A stretch of DNA of 63,819 nucleotides, the filler included, from Octopus bimaculoides (Eukaryota), in NCBI RefSeq assembly GCF_001194135.2. It is 11 parts of 11 records of this genome, joined end to end, with 100 filler letters (N's around TTAATTAATTAA, not from the genome) between each part and the next. Parts side by side here need not be neighbours in the genome. Positions count along the whole stretch, not along the records: positions 25,957 to 40,179 come from NC_069000.1; 10 more parts are not named here. The stretch is one strand, 5' to 3'. Both the position numbers and the translations under genes were made by a program. Shown piece after piece: positions 27,231 to 39,662 of this stretch (the stretch's first letter is position 1; every line of letters starts with the position of its first letter). The notes beneath the pieces were generated by a model. That model was given only the letters and a program-made list of their open reading frames with translations. It searched no databases and had not been told where the DNA came from.

Positions 27231-27656
27231 CACTTGATCATAACTCATTGTTATCATATATGATCTTACGACCAACAGCGTAAACGATTTGACTGGCTCC
27301 AGCAAAAAGAAAACACTTCGCGAGAGTGCTTCATTTTGTCTGATTGACATAAAATAGGTACTAGTTCATATTTTACAGTTGAAGAACCAGCAATAGGAAA
27401 ATATAGCGCGTCAAATAAACGCCAAAATAAATAAACATACCTTCTACAAAGAGAATTTCTTTCAATACAAGTATTAAAGATGTATATAAAATATCACGAC
27501 AGAAATTATTGATTGAATTTCAGCTCAAGTTCAAATTTTTATCACGCATATATACATACGTACACATTTTGCTTTGATTTCGCTTTCCATTGGAAACTAA
27601 GATAAAACATTAAACATCATGTTTCTACATATTTTGTTTTCAATTTTTATTTCTAG

Positions 27657-27695
27657 GAAGCGAGCAGAAACCACTCGGACAAACAAATAATGCAG
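27657..27695 (+). CDS. 39-nt stalk exon of the Ig/GPI gene (GSEQKPLGQTNNA)
   Basis: Acceptor caatttttatttctag|, donor GCAG|gtatct, phase 1-1, keeps frame with the Ig exon. Confidence 0.6.
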
Positions 27696-27858
27696 GTATC
27701 TTTTATCTTTTAACGCTTGCTTTCTTTAGTTATTGAATTGTGGCCGTGCTAAGCCATTCTCTAATAGGGTTTTCGTCGAACAAATTAACACCAGTACTTA
27801 TTATATCAGTCACCATGTCCGAACTGATATGTTGTGGGTACGTAAACAAACCATCACT

Positions 27859-27897
<39 letters not shown>

Positions 27898-29441
27898 CGG
27901 CGTACGTACACTTTGTCTCTCATATACATATATACATATATAAATTGTAAATCCAAAAGAAAAAAAATAACAACAAAACTACACGACGGGCTTCCGCGCA
28001 ATTTCTGTCTGCCAAATTCACTTACAAGTCATTGGCTATTCTTAGACTATTTTAGAAGACATTTACCCAAGGATTGGCCTCGAGCCATACGCCCCCAAGC
28101 TTCAACAATCAAATTCATCTCACATGACAACATTGTGACTTGAGTCAGAATTCCTTTTTTTGTACGTAAGTGGCCCTGCCTTATTTAACATAATTCTGAA
28201 AATCACAGAAATAAACGTCTTCGTAAGATTCAAAAGTTTATTGAATAAATTCCACCGAGAAATACGAAGCAAACAATCGACATCCGAATATATTTCGGCA
28301 TAAAACTCTGTCCATGAGTAAGTAAAGCTTTGTTACAATATGACTTAATAGAGTACTCCAAGCAGTGTTGTTAAGTCTAACATGGTCTGAGCCAACAATG
28401 GCCAAAACGTTATACTACGTTATATACTGCGTGTAACCAAGACAATCCATGAATGATTACTGGGGAATAAGAGCAACGATGTCGTCGAGGAAACTCTGAG
28501 CGTGGAGGGGAAACAATAGATTTGTCTTGTCCGAAGAACTTTCTAGCCGGAGTCCATGATTTAATTCTAAAAATCCTTCGCCTGGCAGTGCTATTGTAAG
28601 ACACTGCTGGTTCGGGGTAAAGTCTACAAGCGTGGTGGCATTGCCTTTAGCCACATCCGCTCAAAACGCACACTGCACCATAAAAGTGTACTGCAAGCGA
28701 TCGTACAATTCTTGAGCGTCGCTGCCTTGAAGATTTACGTTCAGAAGCCACAATCATTTGCTGGATGGATCCGGTTATATTTTATCGTGAAAATCGCCCT
28801 GTCACTTCTCGTTTTTTTACTTCTACCAGGAAGTTATGACGAAAATGATCGTGTGATAAACGAGACTGAAAGGCAGACACTTTGTTTTTTTTAGCCAAAC
28901 TCTCATGACTTTTCAAGTTCCAGTTAGAAACGAAAATAAGCGTGGAGAGGGAGGTGCTTCCTCCCAGTAAATTTGTTGGACGGTGGATGAATGTAGCTAG
29001 AACTGTCTCAGACTAAACGTGAGCTTGTAGTTTGAGAAGCACGGCGGAGAGAGAAACATTTACCATGATACTACTTGTGAGCACGGTGACTCAGGATCTG
29101 TGGGTTACTTGGTTGCCCCAGGATGCATTTCCCTCTGGTAGAGAAATTTGTTGCAATAATTTTCTTGTTGTTATAGTTTTTTCCTTGTTTACACATCTTT
29201 ATGTAAATTCCCAATATCCTTGATTATTTTTTCTGAGGCGGCGAGCTGGCAGAATCGGGTGCACGTCGGAAAAATGCTTAGCGGCATTTTGCCCGGCTTG
29301 ACTTTTTCTTTTATCCTTTCGGAGTCGATAAAATAAGTAAAAGTTGAGTACTGGAGTCGACGTAATGGATTTCCCCCTCCCCAAAACTTTCTGGCCTAGT
29401 ACCAAAATTAGAATGAAATATATTTTTTCTCTCTGTTACAG

Positions 29442-29521
29442 AAAAATTGTACAGTGCAAATATTATTACTAAGATTTTAACATTTGCAACATACATGCTT
29501 TTTATTAGCAATTTGCGTTAA
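29442..29521 (+). CDS. Terminal exon of the Ig/GPI gene: hydrophobic GPI-signal-like tail EKLYSANIITKILTFATYMLFISNLR*
   Basis: Acceptor ttttttctctctgttacag|, phase 1, hydrophobic stretch ending at TAA with no cytoplasmic tail. Confidence 0.55.
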
Positions 29522-29934
29522 GGATCTCGAAAAATAAGCAACAGAATCCACCTGGTTAGTAAAATATTTTTCATTTTGTTTTCTGTGATTTTGTTATCCT
29601 TATATAAAACCTTATTGATTTAATTTGTGCTTACTTTGTGCTTACTACATTGCCTTTTTTTAAATCTCACTCTTGTTGCCATCATCCTTTTTAATGATAA
29701 GACTGGCATTGATCAAGCAAAGGTATCGGAGCACTGAACATCCCATAACATCCTTTATTTGTTCCAGTCATTGGACTGCGACCATGTTTGGCCATAACCT
29801 TGAAATACCGAACAAATACACTTCACTACTTATCTTTAAATCTGGTACTAATTCGATCGGTCACTTTTGCTGAACCGCTATGCGTTGAGGCTGTATACAA
29901 GCAACACTTGTTGTCAAGCGCTGACTGAGGCCAA

Positions 29935-30210
29935 ATACATTTAACGTTTTGGATACTTTAGGACCAGACTGTCGATTTTTAGGCATTATCGGAAAATCTA
30001 TTTTTCCACGCACTAGATGATGGTCAGTCCAGCTCTCTGCCCCTCTCATGATCCGAACGCTAGAAACGTATTTCATACCACGTTTCCTGATAAGAATATA
30101 ATCTATGAGATGCCAGTGTTTAGATCTTGGTTGCATCCAGGTGGTTTTATATTTATTTTTCTGCTTAAACAGGTCGCTATTGAGTGCTACTGGTAACATG
30201 TAATCCAGTA
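29935..30210 (-). mobile_element. RTE LINE endonuclease-domain fragment
   Basis: KNKYKTTWMQPRSKHWHLIDYILIR...VRIMRGAESWTDHHLVRGK matches the RTE APE C-terminal motifs. Confidence 0.85.
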
Positions 30211-30506
30211 CATCCTGTCGCATGGTCGTGTCGTCGGCCCCACCAGGTTTGCTTGGTGAGGAGGGTTTTGTTGGACACCCTACGGGATGAAAAAACATAC
30301 ATGCATACATACATACAAACAAACTTTCTAAATTGAAAACGCTTCCTTTTTTGCAGGTTACTAACCGGTGAGCTCCTTCGGCTAAACTTACAAGTCGCAG
30401 TCAAATAACATTTTTCCGGAAATAAATATTTGATTCAACACCACATATTGAGTGCTTTCTTCAGTTACTTCTCATTAATTTTTGATGTTGAAAACATATT
30501 ATATAA

Positions 30507-30562
<56 letters not shown>

Positions 30563-30659
30563 ATGCGAGCACGTGCAATATATATGTGTACATACACGTA
30601 CATATTTTCACCTATAGGTAAGTACATTGTATCTATCTTTTTCGAACTAGAATCAGTTT

Positions 30660-31880
30660 TTCCTAAGTTAGGGAAAGTATATATAGGAACGACAATCTCT
30701 TTTCTGTTGATAGGTGTAGTGTAGCAGAAGTAGAAATGTATAGGAAAATATTATTTAAACTCTTTCGAAATTTTGGTCTATCAATCACCATAGAAGCAGG
30801 TTACAGATCAGCTAATTTTCTAGATATATCAAGATTCAATATCGGATTATGTACACCTTCCCATAAATCAAACGATTTATACGAATGTATATGTCTGCAT
30901 ATGCCCAGATGCTGCACATAGACCAGTACTCAAGGTACGAGTACATAACGTGCGAGACACGAACAATTTCCTGAAGTGACAGCAACACAGCTATTGAAGG
31001 TAAATCCGACGTTAGATTTGGTAGTAGTAGTAGTACTAGTAATAGTAATAATGCTAAGTTATAGTAATGATCCTTTCTAGAATGGGTTCAAGGTCAAGCA
31101 TTTTATAGGAGGGGCATAGACAATTATAACGATCCCTGTGCTCAATCAGTAGTTACTTTACTGACATCGAAATCGTGAAAGACAAAATCGACCTTGGTGG
31201 TATTTGATCTCAGAACATAAAAACCGACGACATGCCAATAAGAATTTGTTCAGGTGTGTTAACGATTGTACCAACTCTCAGCACATTGATAAATTGTTGT
31301 AATGATAATAGTAGGAACTGTAATAATAACAGTATTAATCATATTATAATAATGACAGTAATATCATAAAGATAGTAGTATATATAATTAGTAATAGACA
31401 AATAACGCGTATAACTGTATTTATTATGCTGAAAGTAATGATAGTCATAGCAAGAATAATAGAATAAAATACGCTACTTTAGAAGGAAGAATAAGCGCCC
31501 TTTTGAAAATAAATGTCTACGTAGAGACATAGCACATAAATGTTCTGTCAAACACAAGACAATATATACCAGTATACAGGTGTGACAGAAGATCACTTCG
31601 ATAACCGATGGTGAAACAGCGTTTCTTCATTCCAGAATAAGAACGAAATACCTTAAATGACAGGACAAATTTGTTACCTCAATAAAGACAATGTAAGATG
31701 CTCATTCTTTTGTTCATTACTGCAGGCAGCCTTTCCTTATGATGGAAGTGATCTGGATTGTAATTCTGTATCGAAATTACCCCATCTGGATATTATAATG
31801 TAAGGACAACATTATTAATAAACATCTCGTAATAATTATTAGATTTCACCGTTGTTTTAGAAAAACATTTTGCAAGAACT
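30660..31880 (+). mobile_element. Penelope-like element fossil (RT and GIY-YIG remnants), interrupted by a SINE
   Basis: RKILFKLFRNFGLSITIEAG...NFLDI at 30736-30830, and a decayed CL...Y.G.TE..F..R...A.PY..C pattern at about 31500-31800. Confidence 0.6.
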
Positions 31881-32474
31881 ATTGAACTAATATTGGATAT
31901 GGGATTGCTTAGCCAGAAGGTTAAGCGCATCCATTGCCAACTTCCATCGCGATTTCTTTGATATCTGGAGACATTGATACAGCTTGTGGAAATTACTAGA
32001 ATTGAAACTGGTTACAGAGAGCGTTATTTAGTACATTGTATTCAATTATGCGGATCAATACAAGTACAATATCCGAGAAAAATGGACATAATTATTTCTA
32101 CGACGTAAAACCTGTCTTTATGTACTTGTTTTCTTTGATTGTATTAATTTTACACGTGCATTTTATTTAATTTTCTAATTAGAAATATACTCAGTAATGA
32201 GAACACAATGTAACCAGATGAACCGAATGATTCTGACTTTCGAGTCGTCAGTGAGAATGAGTAACCATTATATATTCAAGAAGACATGAATATGTATGTC
32301 TATCGACAGCAATTAATATCCGTAATGCGCATATATCTATGACAACTACGTATAGGTGTGTGTAGATATTAGTAGCGATATTTCTAGGTGAACTTGCAAA
32401 TAGATATGTATGTGCATAAATATGTATAAGTTAGTATGTGTATATGTAACTATATATACATATATGTGTGTATG

Positions 32475-32508
<34 letters not shown>

Positions 32509-32557
32509 TATAAATTTAATGAATGGAGTAAACGCATATTATAACTGCATACCTTTA

Positions 32558-32641
32558 TTCCGACATATGTTTCGAAGAATTACAATTTATGCGATCCATA
32601 GGAATCGCCGATGTTAAAAATGTAAACTTCTCCTCAGGGAA
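32558..32641 (-). ncRNA. Minimal type I hammerhead ribozyme motif with extended stem II
   Basis: Minus strand: ttcc-CTGAGGA-gaag...cttc-GAAAC-atat-GTC-ggaa. Stem II is extended by ttaca/tgtaa and a gcgattcc/ggatcgc hairpin; GUC cleavage triplet. Confidence 0.75.
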
Positions 32642-33787
32642 ATGTATGGGAACCAGCTTAAACGTAAGATATTATAACCGAATATATATANNNNNNNNNN
32701 NNNNNNNNNNNNNNNNNNNNNNNNNNNNNNNNNNNNNNNNNNNNNNNNNNNNNNNNNNNNNNNNNNNNNNNNNNNNNNNNNNNNNNNNNNNNNNNNNNNT
32801 ATATATACCGATATGTATATATCTGTGTATATACGTGTATATACGTGCATGAAGAGGTATGCATGTTTATGTGAGTGTACATATCGAGGTGTATTAGACG
32901 GACTTCTAAGCATGTGAGTGGTGCATGCGTGTAATCCATGTACAATCATGTATGAGAGTGGGAATATGAATTTAGCAAGCGGTCAATACTTTCCCTCAAA
33001 AACTCTTAATAGGGGCCTTAGTAATATCATATATATGCGTAAAGGACTCTGTTTGTTGTAAAACATATATATATAAAGAATTTGTTCTATAAAAAACTAC
33101 ATTTTTGACGTGCAATCACTTTGTCTCCTTTAAATATATACTGAATTCGCGTACAAAGCGCCAAATAAAGGACGGTCAAATTAAATGTATACAATAGACT
33201 ATTAGACTTAACTGAACAAAAGCTGTGTTGGTGTGCCGTACTGTCAGGGTGGTAGGAGATTTTAATATCCTGTTAAATTATTCTTTTCTCTTTCCATCTA
33301 TTTTAATCACATTCCTCCCTGTATTTTGCTTAATCGTAATCACTATTTTATAATTGCCTTAAGGATACATACAAATTGAAAAAATTAATCTACTTTTTGC
33401 TTGTGTTCAGACGAATTACTTTCGGCATGGACTGTTAATGAAGATTTCCTCAATACGTAGAAATAAAGCAGACGTTGTTAACATTGAAATGGCATTATGC
33501 AAGACTGGCTTGCTGAAACGTGTACACTAAACAATAAACGCAGTTAATTAACTACATTCTTTAATGCTTTCTTGTTATATGTATGTGTATGTGGGTACGT
33601 GTGTGCGTGTATGCATATGCATTTATGTATAATATATATATATAGCAAATTATGAGTTAGAGGTTATGGAACAATCTAAGGGATAAATGTATCTGTAGAC
33701 ACTACTGGTGTATTACCTCACTATGTATAGTCCTAGCTATAATGTATACAATAGTTGGTAATTTAAAGGTAAAACCGTGGTTTAATA

Positions 33788-34130
33788 TTGTTGTTGGCAC
33801 TCCGTCGCTTACGACGTCGAGAGTTCCAGTTGATCCGATCAACGGAACAGCCTGCTCGTGAAATTAACGTACAAGTGGCTGAGATTCAGCGTGGCACAGT
33901 GTGACAAGGCTGACCCTTTGAATTACAGGCACAACAGAAACAGGAAGTAAGGGTGAGAGAAAGTTGTGGTGGAAGAGTACAGCAGGGTTCGCCACCATCC
34001 CCTGCCGGAGCCTCGTGGAGCTTTAGGTGTTTTTCGCTCAATAAACACTCACAACGCCCGGTCTGGGAATCGAAACCGCAATCCTATGACCGCGAGTCCG
34101 CTGCCCTAACCACTGGACCATTGCGCCTCC
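33788..34130 (-). mobile_element. tRNA-derived SINE family C, copy with an internal deletion
   Basis: Head gaggcgcaatggtccagtggttagggc...gtttcgattcc; inverted relative to the copy at 34698-35083. Confidence 0.85.
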
Positions 34131-34697
34131 TTTTAAAGGATGGAAAGTAAAGTCAACCTCAGTGGAATTTGAACTCAGAACGTAGCGACAGACGAAATAC
34201 CGCCAAGCATTTCGCTCGGCGTGCTAAGAATTCTACCAGCTCACCGCCGTCGGTTTAATATATAGAGAAAAGAAAAGAAAAAGAAATGGAGCAACAATTA
34301 ACAATGAGAAGTTGATCATTGGTATTAAAAAGTCGCTGTTTAATCGTAGTTCGGAACCATTTACAGGCTGAGGCTAAAGATAACTCTCATTGTTGGCAAA
34401 GTAGTTGCCAGATTCAGCATCATTGACGTATGTAACATCAATAATTCATACAGATAAATCTGCTCGCTTACCAAATACAGTTATGGTAGGAGGAACTGAG
34501 AACGTTCAAAAAGCAGTACAAAGGGTCCAGTGGAGAGGAACGCCAATCGACTAAGCAGAGTTATTAGGTATTCTGAAGAAGAAACGGAGAGCTTGTTGCT
34601 GAGCACAAAGTCATAATTCGAAGAGATGAACGTACCGTTTAGTTTTCAACACTTTTCTGCTTCACCAGTAAGTTACTTGGTGGTATGTGTAGCAGTG

Positions 34698-35083
34698 GAT
34701 GCGCAATGGCCCAGTGGTTAGAGCAGCGGACTCACGATCATAGGATCGCGGTTTCGATTAACAGACCGGGCGTTATGAGTGTTTATTGAGCGAAAACACC
34801 TAAAGCTCCACGAGGCTCCGGCAGGGGATGGTGGCGAACTCTGTTGTACTCTTTCACCACAACTTTCTCTCACTCTTACTTCCTGTTTCTGTTGTGCCTG
34901 TAATTCAAAGGGTCAGCCTTGTCACACTCTGTGTCACGCTGAATATCCCCGAGAACTACGTTAAGGGTACACGTGTCTGTGGAGTGCTCAGCCACTTTCA
35001 CGTTAATTTCACGAGCAAGCTGTTCCGTTGATCGGATCAACTGGAACCGTCGACGTCGTAAGCGACGGAGTGCCAACAATAAA
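34698..35083 (+). mobile_element. tRNA-derived SINE family C, full length
   Basis: A box tggcccagtgg, B box gtttcgatt; body shared with 33788-34130 and 27054-27230. Confidence 0.85.
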
Positions 35084-35773
35084 NNNNNNNNNNNNNNNNN
35101 NNNNNNNNNNNNNNNNNNNNNNACAGACCGGGCGTTATGAGTGTTTATTGAGCGAAAACACCTAAAGCTCCACGAGGCTCCGGCAGGGGATGGTGGCGAA
35201 CTCTGTTGTACTCTTTCACCACAACTTTCTCTCACTCTTACTTCCTGTTTCTGTTGTGCCTGTAATTCAAAGGGTCAGCCTTGTCACACTCTGTGTCACG
35301 CTGAATATCCCCGAGAACTACGTTAAGGGTACACGTGTCTGTGGAGTGCTCAGCCACTTTCACGTTAATTTCACGAGCAAGCTGTTCCGTTGATCGGATC
35401 AACTGGAACCGTCGACGTCGTAAGCGACGGAGTGCCAACAATAAATGTGTAGCAGCAATCCAGAATGCTCGTGGGGTGGAGCAAATACCTTTTTTCTCAA
35501 CTGCCTGGATGACCCTACAATAAAGGAGTTTCGATAAGATATAACCCTGATAAGCCCAGCACTCCCAACGATTCACTTTGACATGAATCAATAGAGTTGG
35601 GAGAAAGCTTAGGAAGTTGTTAAGGCAGATAGGTTTAATCTCTACATCCAGTGTCCAGTGAAGTGTCATACTGAAAAATCAATTAGAAAAAATAACAAAC
35701 AAATGTGGTAAAAGAACGAAAATGTTTTGACTGTTCTCTTTTTATCTCTCTCTCACTTTCTCTCCTTCTCTTA

Positions 35774-35816
<43 letters not shown>

Positions 35817-35826
35817 NNNNNNNNNN

Positions 35827-35871
<45 letters not shown>

Positions 35872-36132
35872 GTCCCTTTCACTCTCTTCCTCTCCCTTTT
35901 CTATGACGTTTTTCATAATCTTTTACTGTAACTCTTTCTTGTCAATCTGCCTTCTTCTCTCCCTTTCTTACTTTAATATCTTTATAACTTTCCCTCACTT
36001 TTCTCTCCCGCGTCCAAAGTCGGTGTCTCTTTTTTAATCTTTCACTCAATCTCTTAATACTTCGAAATTCTCTATCTTTCTTTTCCCCCTTTGTACGTGT
36101 ATATGTGTGAGTGTGTGAGTATGTGTGAGTAT

Positions 36133-36165
<33 letters not shown>

Positions 36166-36723
36166 TCATTGTGTGTGCGTGTGTGTGTGTGTGTGAGTGC
36201 GCGTGTACTTCAGTTTCTGTCAAACTGTTTTCTATAAGTTTTACCTGCCTTCTCGAAGCAGAAAAGAGAAAGAGAGAGAAACAGACAGACAGAGAGAGAG
36301 GGAGAGAGAAATAGAGAGAGAGAGAAAAAGAAAGAAACAAGTTGGACTTGCGTTTTTCTCTGTATTTCTGTTGTGTTTGGCCATTTCGACTACGCTGTTT
36401 GTAACAGATATCTTTTCGTAATATTTCTAGCTTTCTGGAAGCCGACGATCATTTCTCCTCCAGCTTTATACTTGTCGCACAAGATCAACAATGTTATTAG
36501 TTATGATGTTACTAATGATGGCTTCCTACACTTCGGCCTGTAAGTTAATATTAAGAATCATATTTTCTTCAGTTACAATATTGAATCTTCTTGTCTTAGA
36601 TAACATGCTTTCTTCTTCGAAAGACGCAGAAAGACACACACAGAGACACAAACAAACACACACACAGACACAAACAAACAAACACACACATTCACACACA
36701 CACATACATACATACATACATAA

Positions 36724-37450
36724 GGTGGTTGTCTACTCCTTAAACAGAGTTTGACCATCTCCTGCACCTACACCTTAGCCCTTTCATGGCGTCTGATGTG
36801 GCTTTTTAAACCAGACAGTGTTTTGAAAAAACACCCACACAGATTGCACCTCTGATTTGCACTACCAATACCTGCAAGTAAGTTCTGCTCATTGTGGATC
36901 CTAACATGTCTTTTAAGACCCCCATTGGATTTGCAAACCCTCTGGCACACACCACATTCAAACGTGTGCACAGACATATAATCAGAATAGCTGGGTGAGG
37001 TTTGTTTTCCATGGGTTNNNNNNNNNNNNNNNNNNNNNNNNNNNNNNNNNNNNNNNNNNNNNNNNNNNNNNNNNNNNNNNNNNNNNNNNNNNNNNNNNNN
37101 NNNNNNNNNNNNNNNNNNNNNNNNNNNNNNNNNNNNNNNNNNNNNNNNNNNNNNNNNNNNNNNNNNNNNNNNNNNNNNNNNNNGGCTAATGAGCCCTGCT
37201 CTTGACAAGCATACACGAATGCAAACATTGCAGACCAAGCTTTCCCCATTCACTATACGAGCCGTGCGCTTTCGCGCAGCTCGCTTAAGTTCTTCATGCT
37301 GGATACGTGCTCTCTCAAAAGTGTCGATCCCCTCCTTAACCTGCTTCCTCCATCTGTGGCGATGAAAGGCATTGTTCTCCCAGTCAGTGTCCTGCATATC
37401 ACAGGCCTTTAATGAAGACTTGACACAGTCCTTAAATCGCAGCCTTGGTT
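36724..37450 (-). mobile_element. RTE (BovB-like) LINE 3' end carrying C-terminal C2H2 fingers
   Basis: KPRLRFKDCVKSSLK...W...A..R..WR..V..G is the RTE ORF2 C-terminus; then CxxC-x12-H-x3-H fingers, TAG at 36770-36768, a short 3' UTR and an (ATGT)n tail. Confidence 0.8.
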
Positions 37451-37470
37451 TCGAAAGACACAAGCAGACA

Positions 37471-37539
<69 letters not shown>

Positions 37540-37904
37540 ACACAAGCAAACACACACACACACACACTCACACACATACATACATACATACATACATACA
37601 TACATACATACATACATACATACTATATATCCCGTTCTGTCTGTGTTTGTAAAAGATTATAACGGCCGTATTTTTCAACTGATTTTCTTCAAACTGCGAA
37701 CAAACATTATTTATGTTCTGGGATGGTTTTAGACTCTTAAAATTTCTTACATAATCGGTAACGTGCCCCCCTGGAAGCAGAAAAAATCCGTTCCTTGGTT
37801 ACGTGGAGAAGGGTGGTAACACTTTGCGAAGTAACTTTCAGAAATTGATTGTCTCCCTTACATCCATTGGTCATAAAAGAATAAGAAGTATTGCTTTTTA
37901 TATT

Positions 37905-38440
37905 ATACTAACAGTATAGCCCGGCTTTGCCCGGGATTAAGTTAGGATTATTAAGCTAATCAAGTTCTTTATTTGAAACCAAATTAAGTAACATCAACGT
38001 CAAATTTGGGCGAAATGTGTTGAAATTAGTAAACTTTGGGCTGAAAATGAGTTGCAGACAACTTGATTGGATTATTCCATATGGAATTGGTTTATCGATT
38101 TTTTTCCCCTCATCGATTTTTTTTTTATCGTTTTTGGAGAACTTAAAGCATTGAAAGATCCCATGAGTCCTAGGTAATGCTGGCATCAAGTTTGAACAAA
38201 ATACATCAAAATTGGTAAAAGTTATGGTTGAAAATGGGGTGAAGCCAATTTTATTGGGAAATCCTATAAGGAATCGGTTTATCGATTGAAATTTTATCCT
38301 GATTAAATGGAAAATTCCATAAGGAATCAGTTTATTGATATTTCACCCTAAATAGGACTTAATTCAAAAACATCTATATTTACTGATTCAAAAACATCTA
38401 TATTTACACTTTGAAGTTTGTTTTCACACTCAACCCTGTT
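37905..38440 (-). mobile_element. Non-autonomous Helitron-like element
   Basis: Minus-strand end: hairpin cccgggcaaagccggg, then ...TTAG-T. A similar plus-strand end (hairpin + CTAG-T) lies at about 22345-22375. Confidence 0.4.
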
Positions 38441-39369
38441 CTGCAGAATCAGTGTCGCGACAGGAGGTTTGTGCCCATCTCTACGTTCTGAGTTCAAATT
38501 CCGCCGAAGTCGACTTTGCCTTTCATCCTTTCGGGGTCTAAAAAATAAGTACTAGTTGAACACGGGTCGATATAATCGACTATTCTCCACCTTCTCCAAG
38601 CCGCCATTGTGGGAAAAATTTTAAATAATAATAATAATAATGATAATAATAATGACCTCTGCCGATCAAACTCCCAACCCACAACTAAGTGTTAAGTGTA
38701 TATATACATGGGCAACACACACACACACTAAATTTTAAAAATGTTAGTAAGTAAATGTGTTTTGAAAAAGATTGGTAAATTTTCATATTAACACCCGCAC
38801 GATTTTCACTAGTGTTAGGGTCAGGGTTAGGGTTAGGTAGGTAATCGTGCGGGTATTAATGTCAACATTTACGAAAAGATTTTCAAAAAACTCACAGTTT
38901 GTAGGGAATAAATGCTTGTCGATCGTATTTGAAAAAGATGTCTCGCTATTTTTTTTTTTTGTTATCATGGTGAATGACGGAGTTAGAAATAACTTACTAT
39001 TCCCGCCAATTAGAATGAGGTCATTGGTAACCATAGGTACATATATATGTGTAGATATATGTGTGTATTTACGTATGATTGGTAGTGTATCTGTTTATTT
39101 GACTCTCACTCTTTTTCTTTCGTTTCTTTGTCTTTTTTCTTGGATCGTTCGTAAACGTTCATAAGAGAAAGTAGCAATTGAAACGATTTGTAAGAGGAAT
39201 AGAAATAGTTAAGTAGATTGTTTTAGAGGGGCAAAGTAATTTTTACGTAGTTTTATGGATTTTATTCGTAATTAGGAGTTATTTTGACTGAAAAAATGAC
39301 GCTGTGACCTAACTTATTGTATTTAGAATATTAATTCCGATTCTTTCATTCAAGAAATTTGGAATTGTA

Positions 39370-39662
39370 TAAATTTCAACCTTACTACTTCAGACTACCA
39401 TTTGTTTCGTAGTTTACAGAATCATTTGGGGGACATAACTTTCGCAAGCCAGGAGGAGGTCGAAACTAACATTTCAGAGTTCTTCGCTTTGAAACCAAAA
39501 GAGTTTTACATTGATGGGATTAAAAAGCTTGCAAACTTATGGAAGGAAGTCATAGATAATCAGGGAAAGTACATTGATGATTAAATTTCAATTAAATATA
39601 ACATATGATTATTTCGTTTCTTTATTCAAAATTCGGACAGAACTTATGGAATGACCTCATAG
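39370..39662 (+). mobile_element. Mariner transposase C-terminus and 3' end
   Basis: SDYHLFRSLQNHL...FF..KPKEFYIDGIKKL..LW..VIDNQGKYIDD*, followed by a TIR-like end ...ggaatgacctca-TA. Confidence 0.9.

Noticed and set aside
32230-32262. Minus-strand CTGACGA-CTC-GAAA-GTC motif
   Set aside because: No room for stems II and III.
34698-34775. tRNA gene-like sequences here and at other SINE heads
   Set aside because: Each continues into a repeated SINE body and lacks a clean cloverleaf and terminator.
35123-35443. Second tandem copy of SINE family C
   Set aside because: Appears identical to 34761-35083 across a short gap, so most likely an unmerged contig overlap.
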